DNA from: Ostrea edulis
Lineage: Eukaryota
Length of the DNA stretch: 64,000 bases
Direction of reading: 5' to 3'
NCBI RefSeq assembly: GCF_947568905.1
Contig: NC_079165.1
Coordinates: forward strand, 83,266,001 to 83,330,000
Positions within the stretch are counted from its first letter, which is position 1. Each line of letters starts with the position of its first letter. The notes under the pieces were generated by a model that was not told the DNA's origin, searched no databases, and was given only the letters and a program-made list of their open reading frames with translations. The position numbers and the translations under genes are program-made. Shown one piece after another: positions 37,724 through 50,500 of the stretch.

Positions 37724-39296
37724 TATACTACTCAAAATTTGATAAGGATCACTAGGTTATATGTGTGTAATATACCACTAACATAACAAAAGACTTAAAT
37801 TTGACTCAGAAAGGTGTTTACTCAGGTTATGAATGAAAATTCATGAACGGCATGAACTTTTATCAATACGGAATGCTTGAAATCTGATAACAACACCAAA
37901 AGGCATTTCATTACAAAAAGTTAACAGCAAACCAGAGAAAGAATTACACAGTTTTTTGGGGATAGTCCATCATTACACTTAGTCGATGAAGTGTCAATAC
38001 CGGGTATGGCCTCCCCTTGCATCAATGACGGCTTGACAACGTCGAGCCATGCTGTCAATAAGCACCCGGCTGTTTCCAATGGGAAGGTTGTTCCACTCTT
38101 CCACGAGGGCATTTCCAAGCTCTGCCAAAGTCATGGGTTGTGCTCTACGGTGTGAAAGGGCAACCTGTAGCATGTTCCATACATGCCCAATCGGATTCAA
38201 GTCCGGCGAGCTCGCTGGCCAGTCCATGCGGACAATTGTCTACTGCTGAAGGTACTGCTCCACCACCCTGGCACGATGAGGAAGGGCATTATCATCCATC
38301 AGGGTGAACTCAGGGCCAACAGCACCGGCGTAGGGTCTGACGTAAACATCGAGGATCTCATCCCGGTACTGCACCCCCGTCATTGTTCCTCTCTCCAGGA
38401 GATGAAGATTCTGTTCTTCCATCCCTGCTGATTCCACCCCAGACCATGATGGAACCACCATCATAACAGTCATGTTCACTGATGTTGGCATCATGGAAAC
38501 GTTCACGTTGTTGTCGCCAAACTCGGTGCCTCCTGTCTGTAAAGTCCAAACAATACCTGGACTCATCGGTGAACAGAACTTGAACCCAATTGTTCTGTGT
38601 CCAAGTGACATGATCTTCAGCCGAGTCCAATCGCTCCCGCCGGTGTCGAACAGTCAGAGGGACTCAAACACATGCCCTTCTCGAGTTGAGACCTGCATTG
38701 TGAAGCCGATTCCGTATCGTCTGAGTGGACACATTCACCCCCGAGGCATTCAGGAGGTCGTTACATAGGCTGGTTGCTGTCCAGATGGGATGGCGTCGTG
38801 CCTGAAGAGCCACAAAATGGTCTTGGCGTTGGGTTGTCGACCTCTGACGACCACCCCCGTGTTGGTGTGCTGCTGTACCAAAAGTTTGCTGTCGGTTCCA
38901 GGCCCTGTTTACAACGCTCTGGCTGATGTTTAGTGCATTTGCAATGTCACGTTGTGAATAGACAGCGTCAAGTATTCCAATACATCTGTCCAGTTGTTCT
39001 GTCGTCAGGCGACGCCTTACACGTTTAGGGGGCATTGTGTTGATAAACGTAGTGTAAACACTCAAGTGAGTTTGAAATTTTAGAAAGATTCAAACACCAA
39101 TGCCTGAGTGAAAATTGTGCAATGGTAGCAAAAGCATAAACTGTGATGAGAAATGCATTTCCCATGGCATGAAATGCACGTGCAAGTTTGTTGAAGACGT
39201 TTTTGATTTCACTTGGACACAATATTGCCAGTTATGCAGTTATTAATTTTTTAAACAGAAAATATCTATGATCCTTATCAAATTTTGAGTAGTATA
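37724..39296 (-). mobile_element. Full-length Tc1-family (DD34E) transposon, transposase pseudogene at 39035-37994
   Basis: TIR TACTACTCAAAATTTGATAAGGATCA at both ends within TA runs. Paired-like HTH, GRQR, FTDESR, MVWGGI, MDDNA, WPASSPDLNPI. Two nonsense codons (38664, 38240), one frameshift, and the catalytic Glu replaced by Gly (NPIGH) at 34-residue spacing. Confidence 0.95.
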
Positions 39297-42200
39297 TAAT
39301 TCTGTATTGAACAGGACAATTAATATAAACTTAAATGATTATCTGTTTATTGTTCAGCCTTTGGCACAGCAAGATTTATCAAGCAGTTAATGGTGAGTAT
39401 TGTATTTCTTTGAAAGAAATTGAATTGTAAGAGTAAATAATATTAGAAAAAATGCCTTTTTCTCTTCCACATTACTGATATAGTAAAGAGAATTTAAAAG
39501 AGTACATAAAACCTTTGTCACATTTCACTTTTACACTACTGTGTAGTCCATTGACTTACCAGTATTAGACAGTAGATACGGAGAGGAGTCCCCTGCTTCT
39601 TGGAAGAGGCTTTCCCTGATTTGCATTATTTTCCCGGACGAGGATTTGATTATACAGAAGATATTTTTTTAAAAAGAATATATAACATTTAGAAAGCACA
39701 CTATACCCGATTTTAAAGTGGTGTTGAGTGTTATTGTGCCGACAAGTGTTGAACTTCCTGTTTCCTGGGATGGTGTTTTCTGTGACATAAACAACAAGTA
39801 ATCTGTTACTCGCCTATCCGTTAAGCTGTTTATCGATCTTTGCAATCATTGTTATATGTATCTTCATACAACATCAGAACAGCCCCTACTCTGGATGTGA
39901 ACAATGACTAGATATTTGTTTCTTGGTCACGTTGCTCAGGTGACCTAAATTGCTGTTAGTTTGCATCCGGTGTTATCCATTGTGGGTTCACAATCATCAT
40001 TTTTAACTTGATTCCATATTTCCAATTCTTTTCAGATTTGGTATGAAGCATCTTTGGGACAAGGGGGTCATAAATTGTAAATTTCAGAACTCATGCATCC
40101 ACGGTGTTTACGGGTGGGACAAACACTGCCAAAAATGGACCTGTTTCACAAAATTTTCCTCTGTAACTGCTCATCTGTAAGAAAAACTAGGGATGTACCG
40201 AAATTGTGAATTTCGCAATCACGATTTTGACTCAAGGGCGGGTCTAAAGTAGTCATATAGTGTTAATGTTACCTATGTTATGCAAAGACTTTCGTGAGTA
40301 TGGGCACTTTCAGGGGCATTTGTGTTGTTTTATACTGCTGCTAAATATTAGAATTTAGCTTAGAATGCAGAAAAGGAACGGATCAATTCAGGGTAATAAA
40401 AGAAAAAACCTATTGGGCCAGATTTTGTTTTAGTCTTTACAAAAAGCTCATCCATATGATTTTAGGCCAAACAAATGCAATGGAGTTGTTTTTCACAATG
40501 CCTTTAATTTAGTATGTGAATATAGGAGGAAAGTTTTAGTAGATCTCTTATTACAATGTACATGTAGCATGATACATGTATTGTTTGAGTTTAATGATAT
40601 TATATATTTTTGTAATGAGAATATCCAATCTTAATCACTTTGGGACAAATTGCTTACTTGTTTATATATATTTTTTCTTTCAACATTAAAACATATGATT
40701 GATGCATGAATTCAAAATTATAAAATGGAAATCTGAGGTAGTGTAAACCTTATATAAACTCAGCATTCTTTTATACATCACACAGGTACTTGTCAAGTAA
40801 CACAGAATAAATGATGATTGTCCTTAGAACAAAGTCTGCTACCTTGAGATATAGTTCCACTTGATTGCATTTGTGTACAGGGAGTTTGTTTTCTCATAAA
40901 TGCGTTTTATGTAAAGAATGAACATGCATCTTTTAACTAGATTATTGAAGGAAAGTATATTTTTATAAAAAAAATTATTTTAAAAAAGAGTGTTGGAAAG
41001 GCCAAATTGAAAGAAAAATGTAAAAGTATTCCATGAGGTGGATTCGAACCTTAACAAAAAGGAACCTCTGTGACAGCAGTGTTGCTGACTGAGCTGTTCT
41101 AAGCACAAGTAATACCTATTTTTTGGTGAATTTCGACCCCAGGGCGGGGGTGCCCCTAAAAATAATATTATAGATTTTTCTAAAGATTGTAACCTATCAA
41201 AACATCAAAATAAATCTTAGGGACAGGACTGCCTTGAAGGACTTTAAAGCCTGAATTCATGTTCAAATCTTTGCTTAAATGGGAAAAATGCTATTTCGAC
41301 CAACTTTGAAGGTTAATTTCAACAATGTAGATAATAAATAATAGGTTTGAAATAAAAATATGAAAAATTTAAATATATGTATGAAAGAAAATAACAAAAG
41401 AAACTTGAAGTTGATGTAGCAATGTGACTTCTTCTGGAAAATTGTTCTCCCGTATAGGTCTATTTTTATCCTGAATTGATCCTTTGTTGATTTGGACTAC
41501 AGGTTGTACTTTTGATTTGGACTACAGGTTGTACTTTTGATTTCCCTCTGAAAATAAATCCCACTTTTTTGCTTAATTGAAGGATATCCCTGGAAGTCCT
41601 GGGACTTCCTTGTGAAGTCCCACTTCTCCCATGTCCTAATGCAGTGGGATAATACAGGACTTCATGTTTCTGCATTTGTCCTGGAATATCCCACTTACAT
41701 CAAGAGTGACTTTGCAAGAATTTCTAGGACATATTTATTACCTAAATGTCTTACAAAGTCCCACTCTCATAGCAGCAGGTTTTTCTAGGACATTCTTGTG
41801 TTTTTCAGGACTTTATTATAAAATGAAGACGAAAACATCGTCCCAGAAATTCCCTAAAAATCTCATACTTGATACATTCAAGATAATGCAAGACTTTACA
41901 TTGCTTTCCAGGACTTCGTATTAAAAGTATGCAAAGAGAGAAGTCTTGCAATTACCCTCAAAATCTTACAACCAGTGAAGTCAGATTATAAAGGACTTTA
42001 ATGAGGGTTACAGGACTTTTAGATATTAATTGTTACAAAATTAAATCCTTGTCATATCAAAGAAAAGATTTTACATTTTCTGGATTACCTTGACATGTCA
42101 TTGCTACATAGTTCAGGCTAAAAAAAACCTATAAGAACAGTGAATGATTCGTGGATAAGAACATTTATGTATACAACAACAATCATGTCATAATAAGTTG

Positions 42201-44436
42201 TAATAGAAAAGACTATATTTCATCAAAAGTAGACTTGCAAAATGTTGGCTATGAGAACACTTCTTATAAATTTATAATGACAACAATCTGAACTTGAATA
42301 AAAATCACTTTACTGTCAAATGCGCTATTGAAATCCTCAATGTCAATTGAAAGACTACCATAATTTGAGTTTTGAGATGCTTCATCACAGGAGTTCAATC
42401 GGGTTTGTCATGTTTTTTTTTTAGGTTAGAATATTGTCCAGTGTATTATTAAGATCATTTTGATAACAGATTTCCAGTTCCTGGGCTACCTTCTTCAAAA
42501 TAAAGAAGATCCCTTTTTGTGAAAGAATGTTAAAAAATTCATCAGATTCTGTGGTAGGCTTTTCCATTTCCAGAGATGACACAGCGGCATTAATGTTCGA
42601 AACTGAACTTAAAAAAATGTCTGTATCAAAAGGATTGCAATTCAGGCTCAAGTGATGATAAGTTAAAAGGATTTTCCAATGTCACGGTCGTATCACTTGA
42701 AGTACCAATGGCATATCAACTTTTGGATGTCACCACTGAAGATTGCAGTTGATGTTTTAATATTTAGTACATTTAGGAATTCGCATGTTTACATCTTTCT
42801 TGCACAGCATGTACCTTTTGGGTTCTCAATCTCCTGCAATAATAATTAATTACAAATTATTAATGAAGAAACTTAATTTTCAAGACACTTATTAAAAATT
42901 TTATATTTAGAAAAGTTTCTTTGACACATCAATGTTTTGAGGTGCAAATAGCAATAAATTATCACTGATGGATACAATCAGCTTGCCATGCTAAATTTTG
43001 TAACCGTACTGTCCGTAGTTATTTTACGAAGCAGTAATAATTACAGAACAAGGTCAACTGATCGAAACAGAATCATAATGATGGATATCCATGATACAAT
43101 GTTCTGGTGATTATACCCTTTCCATCTAGATCGAACCAGTCAATGGTTTACGTTAAAAAAAAGAGTAGTTTGTTTTGATATGTTAAGCTGTAAATAGAAT
43201 GATTGTATCGAGGAATTTCGAGTGGTCCAGCGATCAAGCGTGTATTTTTCCAGTGCATGTAATCATTTACAAACGTAAACAAAATAAGCATATGGTACTT
43301 ACAGAGTTTCATCCGTTACACCGTAGTCCTTTTTCATTCCGATGTTATTGATTTCCATTCACAAATCTTTAAATCATAAATGACTTCTTTGAAAGTTGTA
43401 ACTTCCGGTGATGTCGTTTCGGTCAACTTGTACAATGTACGAAGCTTGTCGTGTTTTTTTCTTCTCCCCGTTCTAATTCGATATAAGATATATCATGTAT
43501 AAAATATATCATATGTATATATATGAAGTCTTATACACTGGGTTTCCACTGGTCGATTGTATAACTTTCTACTGATCGTCTTTTGGTTACGTGTTGACCT
43601 GGGGACGAGTCAGTCAGTGTACGACTTGACGTTCACGCAAGTGATCAAAGCGCTTTTTTTTCAATGTTCCTTTCTGGGCGCGAAGTCAGGGAAATATTCG
43701 CAAGGATGGAGAACATTCAACAGAATCAGTATGCAATCAAGCATGGAATGGATTCCAGATAGGAATATAGGATTCACCTTACACTCAGAAACTGGGGGAT
43801 AGGCCTAGTTGTTCAAAATACACGGCGTTGCTGGTTAGTATTTTTTACTTTTGGGTTTGTAATAATTCGTCTTTTTTGGTAGTCTAGTGGAATTGTCACA
43901 CCTTAACAAATTATCATCCTGTTTCCAATATTTTTATCTAGTACATGTTCTCTTTCATTGTAGCATGGACTTGAAGAGATAGTTATGAATTTAGAATATC
44001 ATCAAGTGACTTTTAATAAGGCACTGTTTTCAGTGGATGAACCGACATCATGCAGTGTGACAGGAAAACGCCCGTGAGACCAAAGATGGCTTAGATAAAA
44101 GGGAAGACGATGCAGAAGGTGCATATATACAAGTTCAAGACATAAATATTTTAAATTTTGCATGATGTTCATTTACAAAACCTGTTATGCAACCTCTCAA
44201 ATAATTCATTATGCTATCTTTTAAGCCTCTGTACCAGAGAAAAATCCAGAGATGGCCCTCAAAGAAGTTAGAAACAAGATGAGAGACCGTCTCAAGTTGT
44301 TTAGGTCTGGAGCCACCTTCCCCCACCCACGAGTCGAAGAAATAGATCTTTGAACCACTCCAGGTTACCCGTGACATCAAGATAAACAAAATTCAACTTC
44401 AGGGACAATTTGATAATACCTGTTTAAAATTTTTTT

Positions 44437-44526
44437 TTTAGCTCACCTGGGCCGAAGGTTCAAGTGAGCTTTTCTGATCAAAATTTGTTCGTTGTCTGTC
44501 GTCGGCGAAAACTTTTCACATTTTCA

Positions 44527-44563
<37 letters not shown>

Positions 44564-45939
44564 AAGTGACACAAAGCACCCTTGGGTGAAAGGCTTTCAA
44601 GTTTGTTCAAATGAAGGGCCATGCCCCTTCAAAGGGGAGATAATCGCAAAAATACGGTGGGGTCATTCAAAAATCTTCTCAAGAACCACTGGGACAGAGA
44701 AGCTGAAATTTACATGAAAGCCTCCTGACATAGTACAGATTCAAGTTTGTTAAAACCAATGACCTGGGGGGGGGGGGGGGGGTTGGATTAGATTGGGTCT
44801 CAATAGGGGATCAAAGTTTTACTTACAAATATACAGGGAAAATCTTTATGAAAATTGTCTTCTCAAGAAACACTTGGCCAGAAAAGCTGAGATTTACATG
44901 AAAGCTTCCCGACATAGTGTAGACTCAAGTTTGTAAAATTCACAGGGTTGTCACTAACGCAAGAATAGGATCACAGAAATTTCATTGGGGTTTTCTGATA
45001 TGGCGAGTCCCGCAGACGTGTCTCGGACTCTGAGTAAAAATCATAATTTTACTTAGAAGCCCTGATTTGTGTATTAATTAAAACTCATAGGAAAAAATCT
45101 AGGTAAAACGTTACGCTCTAATGTGAACCGAGATGATACCACCGAGTTCACAGTGTCCCAATCCAACTTGTTTGTTTAGTGCAGTCAATTAGGTGCAAAT
45201 TAGAATATAATATTGAAATTTAGATACAAAGTAAAAAACATTTTGCCACTCACAGGCAGTTATTTATATATGTTTCTTTTTCTTTTCTTTTTTTTACAAA
45301 TCAGGATCTATATTTAATTATAAATGTTTGTTTTCCTGTAGCCATTTTTATTGGAATTGAAAGTAGCTTAGTTTGTAAACTTTGGTAGATTTTACATCAT
45401 TTTACAAACAAAATTAGTACGCATCTATTTTATCACCATAATTATTTAATTAAAATTTTGTTTAATACTGAATAGGGTTGTAACGATGATAGAGGATTCG
45501 GGGAAGTAATTCTGTTTGCAATGGGCAATTAGTTGTATGAGACCGAGTCGTGAATGATTACTTTTAATTTCATGTGTACAAAGTGATCACTGCACTGTTA
45601 TGCATGGGCTTGGCGAAAATTAACTGATTTTTGCCATTTGTTGAAGATGAAAGTGAACAGAGGTACGACATTAGCTTGTGTTCACTCGGTATAAATAAAG
45701 GTGTAGGAAAAATCTAAATGACTCTTTAATTCAACTTTCATGGGACTCAAGCTGCTTACAAACCATGATACCGGGACTTGTCTTCAATATTTTCTAGTGA
45801 CAACCCTGAATCGTGGCCCCCAAGGGTAGGTTTTGGCCACATTATAGGGACAAAAGTTTTACATACAAGTATATGGGAAATCTTTAAATATGGACCAAAA
45901 TGACTAAGGTGAGCGATGTGGCCCATGGACCTCTTGTTT
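44437..45939 (+). mobile_element. HINE/Helentron with Cg170-like core, nested in the EnSpm-like element
   Basis: TTAGCTCACCTGGGCCGAAGGTTCAAGTGAGCTTTTCTGATC start and AGGTGAGCGATGTGGCCCATGGACCTCTTGTT end; same family as 25438-26431. Confidence 0.9.
44943..45808. mobile_element. Non-autonomous DNA transposon with CAGGG...CCCTG ends, nested in a HINE
   Basis: Perfect 14-bp TIR CAGGGTTGTCACTA / TAGTGACAACCCTG; TSD degenerate (AATTCA vs AATCG). Confidence 0.75.
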
Positions 45940-47573
45940 AATTATTTGTTTACGTAAGAAATAGTGCTTTTTAGCTCACCCCAGCCATAATTTAAATGAA
46001 CTTTTCAAAGTACTTGCTTTGGAAGTTCATATAAGTATTGCTGAAATTTATGTATATGTATGTTAAATAAATTTTATTATCAGATTATCATTTTGATTCA
46101 TAATTTCATTCTTAATTGCCACTTTTACAGAAAAGATATCACATATCCTGGATCTCGAGTTTTATTCCACAGTAGGGTAAGACCAAAACAGGTTAGTAGG
46201 ATAAATTGGGACTTTCCAGGAGTCCTGCATCAACTCAAAAAGCAGGATTTTTAGGTAGATCCAATAAAATCCTGCAAAATCCCAGTCCTGTCTACTGGGA
46301 CTTTCCAAGACATGTCCAGAATAATCCCACTTTCTCCCCTTTCAGATTGCAGGATTAAGTGAGACTTTGCAGGACAATAAAAGGCAAATTTAAGTGTTCA
46401 AATTATCCTTAAAAGTCCTGAAATGTCCCACTGCCAATACCGTCCCTCTAATTCCTTGTCAATCTCAGTTTCAAAAAAGCAGGACTTTTCAGGACAATCC
46501 TGATAAATCCTGGGATTTTGTCTTGGGACTTCCTGGGATATCCTGCTGTATTTTCAATGGGGAAATTATCCTTAAAAGTCCTGAAATGTCCCACTGCCAA
46601 TACCGTCCCTCTAATTCCTTGTCAATCTCAGTTTCAAAAAAGCAGGACTTTTCAGGACAATCCTGATAAATCCTGGGATTTTGTCTTGGGACTTCCTGGG
46701 ATATCCTGCTGTATTTTCAGAGGGGTCAGGACTACAGGTTGTACTTTTGATTTGGACTACAGGTTGTACTTTTAAAGATCAATGCTCGGTTGACTGATAA
46801 GGCAGGTAGGCTTCTTGTTTTTTAATATGAATACTTTCAAGTAGGTAAAATCTAGATATTATTGACCTGTAAGTTATTTAGATGGAACAGCTATAAATCA
46901 TCTGACCTTGACTCTTGTCCATATTTGGTAATTATTTCCATATTTGAATGATATCAGGTAAAGGGAAATATATATAGTGCAAGAAGGACAAACACTAAAT
47001 GCAGGAAATAAACCATGATAACAAGAATGAATGTTTGATTTTCTTTATTGAATTGCAAGTTGATCTACATGTCATGACACACTGCTGTAAGACATTTGTT
47101 TATTTGTAGTTTGTGGAATGTTATATGTGTATTCATACGCACACAAAACGGTGCTAAAAAAACCAAACTCAGATCTAACTTGATTGAAACAAAATGTGTC
47201 TTCATAGCTGCAGATATCAATAGAAAAGTAGAAAACACTTGGTGAATGTAAATTATTTAATATGTACATGCCATTGTGATGACCTTTACCTTAAGCGAAT
47301 GCTTTTATAGGCCTTATAGATGTCTGCTGCTTAATCCTATCAGTCTGATACACGTAAAATATGTTTAAATTAATTAGATACACATGAGCCCATTTACATT
47401 ACATAACCAATATTTATGGAATAAAGCACATTATCTAAAAATATTGATAATCGCTGCAAAACTTTATTTGGCATGGACTTTTTAAGTCCTGTATTTATCT
47501 CCTTGGATCCACCCCTTAACTAGTGTTGCACAGTGTATACCGTGTTACACAGTATGTAATTTTTTTCGGTATG

Positions 47574-50500
47574 TTATTGATAGTAAGTGTGGTACATGAA
47601 TTGTTTATCTATAATCCCTTTTTGACAAGACAGGATGGGTTTGGGAACTGTTGTGTTTTTAGAGCTTAGTCTAATAGGTTTTTCTCTGATAGGAGAGCAA
47701 CTTGTGTCCACCATTGTCATTTTTGAGTACACACTGGGCTTCTTTACATTGCCAGACAACACCACCATCCTTCCTCTGTAATTTGTGATATCTAGCACAG
47801 GGGATAGAGCTTTGGACAGGGTATGTTGTAAGGACTGTATTTTCACCTTTGTTTCTTCATTTTTGCATGTTATTTCTATTTTATAAACTTTACAGTCAGC
47901 TGATACCAGGATATAGTCCCCGTCTATCTTTTGTATTTTGAAAGGGGGGACAACATCAGTCGAGATTTGGCCCACGGTTGACGATTCTCGTCTTCTGGTG
48001 TCGAATACTTGAATGTCACTAGACCATGTCCCATCCTGCTGAACACCTCCGAAAATGTAAATTTTTTCCCACATCACGAAGGAAGATGCTGAATGGACGG
48101 CAGTAGGAATTTCACCTATACTTTCCCATTTGCGACTTCTGATGTTATACGACTCAACAGAGCTTAGTACATGTGCACTACTACCTGCTCTCGACTTCGG
48201 ATTTCTGCCTGCTACCACAAAGATGGACTCCCTCACAGCAGCCATGACATGGCCACATCTTCCTCTTTTCATCTGGGCCTCACACAGATTCCATTCATTT
48301 CTCTCACTGTCATAATGGAGCAGACTCTTTGAATTGTTTGTTCCACCAGCAAGGAAGACGTCCTTCCTAAAGGACACCGTTTGGAACTCGGATCCAGGAT
48401 TATCTTTTATAGGGATGGGAGATATAGTGTACCATCGAGCCTGCTGGAAGCTAAAGGCCCACAAGCACTTACCATCCTGGTACATCTGTGCTGTTTTCTC
48501 CATGTCAAATTCTGTGACAATTAGCATGACTTCCTCTATGTCATCACTGTTTCTGAGATGGAATCTTGTGGAGCAATACTCATGTTGCCTGGCAGGTAAC
48601 ATATGGAAATTTCTAGCCTCATCTAGATATCTACGACAAGAGTCATCTTCTGTTAGGAGTTCATCGGTGTATAATTCATGAACGAGATACTCTGGACTTA
48701 TCTGGATCATTCGGATGTGTCTGAACAGCTTCCCAATGTACTGTTTTCTCTTTTTTACGTCACTTTTTATCCAACGTAAAACTGCTTCACAGATTTGTTC
48801 TTCACAAACAGGAACTAAATCATCATCCTTTACAATACTCTGTACTTCATCAAATTCTAGCTCCACAAATTCTTGGGTCTTCCAGAGACCGTTAAATCCT
48901 TCCAGGACATATGGCCGACACTGCTCAAAGAGAGTGTTGCATCCAAAAGTTCTAGATATTTTAAATAACTCTAAGCAGTTTTCATTATCCATCCCAGTCC
49001 CTAAGAACTGTTCACAGCTCTTCTGTAGTGCATCAACCTTTAAGCAAATACAAAGTCAGAATTTAAATCTGTCATAAAAATATGATATTCCTTATAAATA
49101 TCATATCTGGATGCAATACATAATGTTTGGAATGCCGAAAAGCTTGTAATTGTGAATATGTATGTATATACATGCACACACTGTATAACCAGCTGGAATT
49201 TTTTGTGATTTGATCCCTAAATGGTAGCAAATTATTATACTCTGCGTTTGCAATTTCTGTGGTTGCATTTCAGTTACACTTACCTATGTGCATGAATTTA
49301 ATTGTTAAACTGTTTATAAAAACCCCACTTTTTAAAAATTGTTTTCCCTAATTTTTTAAGCTTCTTACATAGTACAAATTGTTGTCAATGACTGTTTTAA
49401 TGCAAATTTCTAGATTTTCTTAATGTTATATCTCGTTGATTTATTGTGTTTTCATTTTGATAATTTTACAGATATAAGATCTTCATTTAATTTCATTTAA
49501 AGTAGACCTATACACGGCCTACGTCACAGTCAAATGTAAATGCGGAACCACTCGTCCGTTTTCCGAAATGTGGTATTTCAAAGATAACAGTTTGATTTTT
49601 ACATGGTGATATGATTGTCCGATATTGATTCCTTCCAAGGCGTTCTTATCAGCTGCAGTCAAATTTTGTACAATGTATTTTTAAAAATAAAAAAAAGGAG
49701 GGGGGGGGCAAAGATGATTCAAGCTTTAGATAAAAATCGGTTGGAGAACAGACAACAATTTGGCGGATGAGGGCGTCCGTGAGATACATTGACTATTCAT
49801 GTATGTAAAAGTTTTACAATGATCCATGTTCAACATATGGAATTACGCGGGCATCAGAAAGTTGGAGAGACGGATGGGAAAGGGGGACCAATTCATGTTT
49901 CCACCAGCATCATAATAATAATATTATTTCTTTTGTGAGGATCCGGGTCAAAGTAGGTCCTCAGTACCCCATGCTTGTCGCAAGAGGCGACTAAATGGGA
50001 CGGTTTCGGATGAGACCACAAAGACAGAGGCCCCGTGTCACAGCAGGTGTGGCACGCTAAAAATCCCTACTGAAAGACCGTCGGCGTCGAGCATAGGCCT
50101 AAGTTTTGCAGCCCCTCACCAGCAATGGTGACATCTCCATATGAGTAAAAAATTCTCGAGCGTAATAATTGCTAATTCAAAACTACGCAGCTGTTGAATC
50201 CAAATTATCATGAACAAATACATGGTAAGCTTGTGTAAAAATAGAAGTTCACATTTCGCTGCTCCAGTGACCACAGATGTAGTAGTTGTGTTCGCTGCTC
50301 CAATGTTGCAGATATTGACACAAGCTTCAAAGAACGGCGCAAGCTTCAAAGAATGGCTACAAATAATTTGTTTTATTTCACCGACCGTCATAAAGTTGTC
50401 ATTTTTTCCTCATCCCCTCTCCTGTTTTTTCAAAATTATTGGGGCGGCATCTGTATAACGCGATAACAGTGTAGTTCCTTATTGAGATTGTATCTACATA

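Larger units (their letters stand above)
41543..46724. mobile_element. Putative 5.2-kb EnSpm/CACTA-like DNA transposon, decayed
   Basis: TIR CCCTCTGAAAATA / TATTTTCAGAGGG; about 500-bp subterminal regions rich in GGACT/AGTCC/GGGA motifs at both ends; a 168-bp duplication inside the right end; exon-like remnants inside. Superfamily is inferred; the 2-bp TSD is imperfect (TT vs GT). Confidence 0.6.
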
